Shown here: piece by piece, positions 39,623-45,191 of the stretch
How positions within the stretch are numbered: the stretch's first letter is position 1
Layout of the letters: every line of letters begins with the position of its first letter
Source: Alteromonadaceae bacterium
Lineage (GTDB): Bacteria; Pseudomonadota; Gammaproteobacteria; Enterobacterales; Alteromonadaceae
DNA: 45,191 bases
NCBI GenBank assembly: GCA_036735825.1
Contig: DAINNQ010000001.1
Location: 1 to 45,191, forward strand
Reading direction: 5' to 3'
The notes under the pieces: generated by a model
Seen by the model: only the letters and a program-made list of their open reading frames with translations
Database searches by the model: none
Told to the model about the DNA's origin: nothing
Position numbers and translations under genes: made by a program

Positions 39623-40928
39623 ACCAAAATGAAAATAACAGCTTAATTAAATAAGCAATAAGTCGAGAAAACGCAATCCCAACAGCACCATAATCTAACA
39701 ATGAATATGACAGAAGCACAAAGATAACCGAAAAAACTAACGTGTAGACTAAATGGCTTCTCGCCATACCCAAACCAACCATATAGTGCTCTACTTGACT
39801 CGAAAGAGACATTACAACAAGTGTTGCTAAGCATAAGTTTAATACTAAGGTATGCGTTTGGTATTGCTCGCCATAAAGCCCTAGTAAATAATGAGACGAC
39901 AACATCATCATTAAAGCTAAAACTAATGAAACGCCTCCATTAAAGAATAACGCTTGTTTAAATAACTGCCTATTTTTAGAGTTAGCAGTATATGACATCA
40001 ATACTTGAGCGCAAATCGTAGGAATAATAAATAAAATACCCATCAATTGATTAGAAACATTAAAGGCAGCAACTTCAATTAAGTTTTTAGTTGCTAATAA
40101 TGAAAAGCAAAGCCACGTAGCTCCAGTGAAAATTAAACTTGAAAATAAATTTGGCCAAGCAAAATTTACAATGTCTTTATACGATGAATTAATTTTAGAT
40201 TCGGCAATATTTACAGAAACTTTATTAATCGCTTTCAAAATAAATATTCGATTACAAATCGTGGTTAACAAAGCAGTAATTAGCAAGCTAATTAAATATC
40301 CTTTTATCAAAAATTGGGATATTAAAATGTAAGCAATAGGAAGAGATGAAATTCCAACGAGAGCATTTGAAACAGCTAAGCTCTTGAAACTTTTCACTCC
40401 AGATAAAATTCCAAATTGCACTTGGTTAAAAGCAGTTAATATAACAATGGGAAGTATCAACCATATTACAAACGTCTGCTCTTCATTCATTTGTAATAAA
40501 GTTAACAATTCATTCTGATAAAACAAACCTATCAAAATCGAAAAAAAACTGAATATTAAAACTAAAACAGTAAGTTTTTTAACAACGGAGTATAGCGAAT
40601 CTCTACCTGAGCTTAGAGCTTCAGCCGTAAAACGGATTGCGGTTACAGAAAGGCCCATAGATGCAAATATTACAATCAAAGCTATCGTTTGATAAATATA
40701 TGATACTCGACCAAAATCTTCCTGACTCAACATTCTAGCTGTTAGAATTGAAACTAGAAATATACTTCCTTTAGAAAGAATACTGCCTAAAAGATTCCAG
40801 ATAATATTACCGGCAAATTGCTTTTGTCTAATCACTTTTATTTTTAGTCTTTTATGATTAATAAAAAATATCATGGATTTAATGACTAATATAGTGAAAT
40901 CAACAATTACAATAAAAGTTGTTTTCAC
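39588..40928 (-). CDS. wzx: Polysaccharide flippase (Wzx, MOP superfamily)
   Basis: The ORF is up to 446 aa with about 12 TM segments. It has the N-terminal NIIWNLLGSILSKGSIFLVSILTARMLSQEDFG pattern typical of O-unit flippases. The probable true start is the internal MIFFINHK (40874). Confidence 0.75.
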   Translation of the reverse strand: MKTTFIVIVDFTILVIKSMIFFINHKRLKIKVIRQKQFAGNIIWNLLGSILSKGSIFLVSILTARMLSQEDFGRVSYIYQTIALIVIFASMGLSVTAIRFTAEALSSGRDSLYSVVKKLTVLVLIFSFFSILIGLFYQNELLTLLQMNEEQTFVIWLILPIVILTAFNQVQFGILSGVKSFKSLAVSNALVGISSLPIAYILISQFLIKGYLISLLITALLTTICNRIFILKAINKVSVNIAESKINSSYKDIVNFAWPNLFSSLIFTGATWLCFSLLATKNLIEVAAFNVSNQLMGILFIIPTICAQVLMSYTANSKNRQLFKQALFFNGGVSLVLALMMMLSSHYLLGLYGEQYQTHTLVLNLCLATLVVMSLSSQVEHYMVGLGMARSHLVYTLVFSVIFVLLSYSLLDYGAVGIAFSRLIAYLIKLLFSFWYVSKVDYASTN

Positions 40929-40977
40929 AATTTCAACTAGGCAAAATAATGAAATAATAATATCTATAAGTAATGTT

Positions 40978-43116
40978 ATGAAACAAATCCTTCAAAATAT
41001 GGGGACAGGTGAAACTTCAATTATCACTTCTCCAGATCCACAAAATAAATCAGGTCATGTATTAATAGCTTCAACTACAAGCCTCATCTCTGTAGGTACT
41101 GAGCGCATGCTGGTTGATTTTGGTAAGGCTTCACTTATTGATAAAGCAAGAAAGCAGCCTGAAAAAGTGAAGATGGTACTTGATAAAGTGCAAACCGATG
41201 GCTTATTAACAACGATTGATGCAGTTAAGTCGAAACTTGCTCAACCGTTACCATTAGGTTATTGCCATGTGGGAAAAGTGGTCAGTGTAGGACAAAGCGT
41301 TACCGAGTTTATAGAAGGTGACAGGATTGTTTCAAACGGTCCTCATGCCGATTTAGTGCGAGTATCTAAAAATCTCTGTGCAAAGATTCCTGACAATGTT
41401 GACGATGAATCAGCAGCATTTACTGTACTTGCTTCTATTGGTTTACAAGGCATGCGTTTAGCCAATCCAACTCTCGGTGAGTCGGTCGTTGTTATTGGTG
41501 CAGGTCTTATTGGCTTACTCACCATTCAATTACTGATCGCCAATGGTTGTCGCGTATTAGCGGTAGATTTTGATCAAAGCAAATTAGTACTAGCTGAATT
41601 ATTTGGCGCTGAAATATGCAATCCCGCGTTAGGTGAAGACCCAGTACAAGCAGGACTCGCATTTAGCCGCAATAATGGCGTTGACGCAGTGATTATTACC
41701 GCATCTACACAATCAAGCGATCCTGTTTCTCAAGCGGCAAATATGTCGAGAAAACGAGGAAGAATCGTCTTAGTGGGTGTCACTGGGTTAGAGCTTAACC
41801 GCAGTGAGTTTTATGAAAAAGAACTCAGTTTTCAAGTGTCATGCTCATACGGGCCAGGGCGCTACGATCCTAATTATGAAGAGCTTGGACACGATTATCC
41901 GCTCGCATTTGTTAGGTGGACTGAACAACGGAATTTCATTGCCATTTTAGATATGATGTCATCAGGCAAACTTAACCTAAAACCTTTAATCAGTCATCGA
42001 TTTGCTTTTGATGATGCTTTACAAGCTTACGATGAGCTCTCAGACAACAAGCAAGCTCTAGGTATATTATTACAATATTCTCCGCCTGATGAATTCCAAC
42101 ACTCAAGCTCGATTGAGTTAAATTCATCTAGCCATTTTGATTCACAAGATGCCATTGTCGGGTTTATCGGAGCGGGAAATTACGCTTCGCGAGTGTTAAT
42201 TCCTGCTTTCAAAAAAGCAGAGGCAAAACTTCATACTATTGCGACTTCTAGCGGTATAAATAGCGTTATCCATGGAAAAAACAATGGCTTTTTACAAGCG
42301 TCTACCGATACTGACCAAATGCTCAGTAATCAAGATATCAATACCATAGCTATTGTGACTCAGCATCACACCCACGCAAGCTTTGTTCGCCAAGCGATTT
42401 CTTCAGGAAAAAACGTGTTTGTAGAAAAACCTTTGGCTATTAATCAAGAACAACTTGATGATGTTATAAATACATATCAGCAACAAACACCTGAACACCG
42501 CAAACATCTAATGGTTGGTTTTAATCGACGTTTTGCACCACAAATCATCAAAATGAAAGAGTTACTCCAGCCAATTAAACAGCCAAAATCATTTATTATG
42601 ACCATGAATGCAGGACATATTCCTTCAGATCATTGGACGCAAGATATTGAACGAGGCGGAGGCCGAATTATCGGCGAAGCATGTCATTTTATTGATTTAA
42701 TGCGCTTTTTATCGGGCAGCAAAATAGTATCAATGCAAGCAAGAAAAATGACAAGTTCAAATGCCAACTCGGTAACTGAAGATAAAGCGGCAATAATACT
42801 AGGCTTTGAAGATGGTTCATTTGGCACTATTCATTATTTAGCGAACGGTGCAAGTTCCTTTCCTAAAGAGCGCGTTGAAGTATTTGCCGATGGCAAAGTT
42901 TTACAACTCGACAACTTTAGAAAACTAAAAGGCTATGGCTTTAAAAATTTCAAAAAATTAAATTTATGGCAACAAGACAAAGGCCAAGCCGCATGTGCTC
43001 ATGCTTTTATTCAAGCAATAAAAAATGGTTCTGAAACGCCAATCGCCATTGACGAAATTTTTGAAGTAGCTCAAATAACGCTAGACGTTGCCATGCAATT
43101 ACGTCAACAAAATTAA
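40978..43116 (+). CDS. Bi-domain oxidoreductase (N-terminal Zn-ADH/MDR-like + C-terminal Gfo/Idh/MocA-like)
   Basis: Two Rossmann motifs are present: VVIGAGLIGLL in the MDR half and GFIGAGNYASRVLIP in the GFO half. EKP and GGGRIIGEACHFIDL are typical of Gfo/Idh/MocA. I moved the start to MKQILQ (40978) to avoid an implausible overlap with the divergent wzx. Confidence 0.8.
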   Translation: MKQILQNMGTGETSIITSPDPQNKSGHVLIASTTSLISVGTERMLVDFGKASLIDKARKQPEKVKMVLDKVQTDGLLTTIDAVKSKLAQPLPLGYCHVGKVVSVGQSVTEFIEGDRIVSNGPHADLVRVSKNLCAKIPDNVDDESAAFTVLASIGLQGMRLANPTLGESVVVIGAGLIGLLTIQLLIANGCRVLAVDFDQSKLVLAELFGAEICNPALGEDPVQAGLAFSRNNGVDAVIITASTQSSDPVSQAANMSRKRGRIVLVGVTGLELNRSEFYEKELSFQVSCSYGPGRYDPNYEELGHDYPLAFVRWTEQRNFIAILDMMSSGKLNLKPLISHRFAFDDALQAYDELSDNKQALGILLQYSPPDEFQHSSSIELNSSSHFDSQDAIVGFIGAGNYASRVLIPAFKKAEAKLHTIATSSGINSVIHGKNNGFLQASTDTDQMLSNQDINTIAIVTQHHTHASFVRQAISSGKNVFVEKPLAINQEQLDDVINTYQQQTPEHRKHLMVGFNRRFAPQIIKMKELLQPIKQPKSFIMTMNAGHIPSDHWTQDIERGGGRIIGEACHFIDLMRFLSGSKIVSMQARKMTSSNANSVTEDKAAIILGFEDGSFGTIHYLANGASSFPKERVEVFADGKVLQLDNFRKLKGYGFKNFKKLNLWQQDKGQAACAHAFIQAIKNGSETPIAIDEIFEVAQITLDVAMQLRQQN

Positions 43117-43125
43117 TCAACAGCT

Positions 43126-44985
43126 ATGACTTCGCTTTTCGATAAAATTTTCACCTATTACCAATTAGGCTTAATTAACCTTGTACATGTTTTTGTTTAT
43201 CGTTTAGCGGTTCGTTTTGGTTACTTTATCAGTAAATTGCCGATTAAAAATCTGAACCCTAAGCAGCAGGTGATTTTATTTTTTGATGAAAATTCAACCC
43301 AAGCCCCTCAAAATATTAGCCAACCGAAAATGACCGCATTTGGTTGGCAAGAACTTGATTTTATTGACAAGTCAACCAAACCCAATTGGTTAGCTTCAAT
43401 CACCACAGGCAAGAAAATTAATAACAATCAGCAGCATTGGAGCCAGTTAGGTGATTTCGATCTCGATGTTGGTGATATAAAAACGGTTTGGGAGCTTTCT
43501 CGCTTTCACTGGTCTTTGCATTTTGCCCTTCAATACTTAGCGGATTCAGATGAGTCACATCTGCGCCAGTTAAATACTTGGCTCAGCGATTGGTGTTTTC
43601 ATAACCCTGTCAATCAAGGAGCTAATTGGAAATGCGGTCAAGAAGCGTCTATTCGAGTAATGCATCTCGCGGCAACGTGTTTTTTGCTCAAGCAAACACA
43701 GCCACTTTCAACCCCACTAGCTGAACTGATTTATTGTCACTTACAACGTATTGCGCCAACGATTCATTATGCGATGGCGCAAGATAATAACCATGGTACC
43801 AGTGAAGCGACAGCATTATTTATTGGTAGTCTGTTATTAGCTAATCATCCGCTTTATGCTCAAAATGAAGAAATTAAAAAGTGGCAAAAAACAGGGCGTT
43901 ATTGGTTAGAAAATCGTGCTAAAAAACTCATAGCAATCGATGGCGCCTTTAGTCAAAACTCGGTGAATTATCACCGACTAATGCTAGACACGTTAAGTTT
44001 AGCGGAGTTTTTTCGTCAGCATTTTCAACAACCCCGTTTTAGTGACAACTATTATCTGAAAGTGCGCAAGGCCTGTCAGTGGCTGAAATTAATGACAGAG
44101 CCAAATTCAGGGAAAACGCCCATACTTGGGCTCAACGATGGTGCTCAGCTGTTACCCGTAACAACATGTGATTATTTAGATTATCGACCATCGGTGCAAT
44201 GGGCATATCGGTTGTTTTTGGGTAGCTATGTTTATCCTGAGCAAGATGAATCTCAAGAACAATGTTCATATCAACAGCTCTGTGACTTATTTCCATCAAG
44301 CAACACCATGAGTATTGATGAAGTGCCATGCTCACACTCATCAGATTTAACCACAAGTTATCGTTTGCTCTCTGCTAATTCAGCTCGTTGTTATTTGAGA
44401 ACGCCAAATACCAGATTCCGCCCTGCAAAATGTGACGCTTTGCATATAGATTTTTGGCTGGGTGACAAAAATATTTTTGTTGGCACTGGTAGTTATAGTT
44501 ACAACTGCGAACAAGCACTGCAGGAATATTTCCCTAGTGTTAGAGCACATAATACTGTCCAGTTTGATCAACTTGAGCAGATGCCAAAAATCTCGCGCTT
44601 TTTATTTGCACATTGGATAAATACTCAGGTTCAACAAATAAATGGCTCAAGCCTTGTTGCTGCCTATTCAAATAAACGCAAGCATTCCCATCAAAGGAAA
44701 GTTACTTTATCTGACGCGTCATTTGAAGTGGTAGATACGGTTACTGGTTTTAAAAACACAGCGACCATTCGTTGGCATTTGGCTGATAAATCATGGCAGC
44801 TTTGCAATAACAGACTCACTTCGGGTAATTTAACAATAGATATTTTTTGTGAGCAGCCCATAGCAAAAATAGCGCTTGTTGATGGTTTACAGTCAAGATA
44901 CTATTTAAAAAAAGACACCATTTCTGTACTTGAAGTTACCGTAGAGCAACCTTGTAGTGTGTCGACAATACTTAGCTGGCAATAA
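43126..44985 (+). CDS. Heparinase II/III-like (alginate-lyase superfamily) protein
   Basis: 619-aa ORF. N-terminal toroid-type motifs are present (WELSRFHW, NWKCGQEASIRVMH, NHGTSEATALF). The C-terminal Hepar_II_III-type segment is also present (CDALHIDFWLGDKNIFVGTGSYSY). The assignment rests on recalled family patterns, not a search. Confidence 0.6.
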   Translation: MTSLFDKIFTYYQLGLINLVHVFVYRLAVRFGYFISKLPIKNLNPKQQVILFFDENSTQAPQNISQPKMTAFGWQELDFIDKSTKPNWLASITTGKKINNNQQHWSQLGDFDLDVGDIKTVWELSRFHWSLHFALQYLADSDESHLRQLNTWLSDWCFHNPVNQGANWKCGQEASIRVMHLAATCFLLKQTQPLSTPLAELIYCHLQRIAPTIHYAMAQDNNHGTSEATALFIGSLLLANHPLYAQNEEIKKWQKTGRYWLENRAKKLIAIDGAFSQNSVNYHRLMLDTLSLAEFFRQHFQQPRFSDNYYLKVRKACQWLKLMTEPNSGKTPILGLNDGAQLLPVTTCDYLDYRPSVQWAYRLFLGSYVYPEQDESQEQCSYQQLCDLFPSSNTMSIDEVPCSHSSDLTTSYRLLSANSARCYLRTPNTRFRPAKCDALHIDFWLGDKNIFVGTGSYSYNCEQALQEYFPSVRAHNTVQFDQLEQMPKISRFLFAHWINTQVQQINGSSLVAAYSNKRKHSHQRKVTLSDASFEVVDTVTGFKNTATIRWHLADKSWQLCNNRLTSGNLTIDIFCEQPIAKIALVDGLQSRYYLKKDTISVLEVTVEQPCSVSTILSWQ

Positions 44986-45191
44986 ATGAACATACTTTAC
45001 TTTCATCAACATTTTTCCACTCCTCAAGGCGCAACAGGCATTCGATCGTTTGAGATGGCGAAAAAACTTATCGCCTCAGGTCACCAAGTCACTATGGTCT
45101 GTGGCAGTTACAGTGGCGTCAATATGAGGTTAACGTATGCTTTTATCAATGGCCAACGCCGAGGAGAAGTTGAAGGTATTGATGTGATTGA
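44986..45191 (+). CDS. Glycosyltransferase family 4 (WbuB/WcaI-like), 5' fragment truncated by the window end
   Basis: The ATG directly abuts the upstream TAA (TAAATG). The translation MNILYFHQHFSTPQGATGIRSFEMAKKLIASGHQVTMVCGS matches the characteristic N-terminus of WbuB-type GT4 enzymes. Confidence 0.75.
   Translation, partial: MNILYFHQHFSTPQGATGIRSFEMAKKLIASGHQVTMVCGSYSGVNMRLTYAFINGQRRGEVEGIDVI

Noticed and set aside
38627-40332. Small ORFs within wzy, the acetyltransferase and wzx (38627-38833, 39114-39323, 39643-39834, 40126-40332)
   Set aside because: They are out-of-frame or antisense to genes with clear membrane-protein or hexapeptide-repeat signatures. AT-rich DNA with few stop codons in some frames explains them.
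40873-40977. 35-codon 5' extension of the bi-domain oxidoreductase ORF overlapping the divergent wzx start
   Set aside because: The extension encodes an Ile/Thr/Asn-rich, low-information peptide from extremely AT-rich promoter-like DNA. It would overlap wzx head-to-head. MKQILQ at 40978 is the plausible start.
43126-44985. The heparinase II/III-like gene as part of a polysaccharide-degradation (PUL-like) locus
   Set aside because: There is no signal peptide, TonB receptor, transporter or downstream uronate catabolic gene. It is flanked by an oxidoreductase, glycosyltransferases and Wzx/Wzy, which points to a biosynthetic context.

Overview
This 45.2-kb AT-rich window looks like the chromosome of a marine gammaproteobacterium (Alteromonadales-like gene content; the taxon is inference only). 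It is densely coding, with about 36 credible CDSs. I saw no rRNA, tRNA, CRISPR array, transposase or integrase. All annotations come from reading the ORF translations and DNA by eye; no searches were run.

Contents from left to right:
1. A DUF1704/QEGLA (MATCAP-type) metallopeptidase-like gene, convergent with a lipoprotein M1 aminopeptidase N.
2. An unlinked alpha/beta-hydrolase that may be a kynurenine formamidase.
3. A three-gene module of exported proteins: PEP-CTERM protein, phage-tail-collar-domain protein, Sel1-repeat protein.
4. A tightly coupled six-gene minus-strand operon: fold-type-III PLP amino-acid deaminase, RpiR regulator, D-aminoacylase, RidA, Na+/solute symporter, GH20 hexosaminidase. 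This is my top candidate. I interpret it as an oxidized-chitin (GlcNAc1A, N-acetyl-D-glucosaminate) catabolic system. A pathway of this kind was described only recently and is built from D-amino-acid-type enzymes.
5. An orphan cupin/2OG-oxygenase-like gene, a LysR regulator and an S41 lipoprotein peptidase.
6. A seven-gene eukaryote-like kynurenine/2-aminomuconate tryptophan catabolic operon.
7. A REC-EAL response regulator.
8. A hydrolytic GlcNAc/chitobiose locus (nagX-nagP-chitobiase, then nagK) with a divergent AraC regulator.
9. A Wzx/Wzy-type surface-polysaccharide locus. Its minus-strand core is markedly more AT-rich. It is followed by a trio of bi-domain oxidoreductase, heparinase II/III-like protein and WbuB-like glycosyltransferase, the last truncated by the window end.
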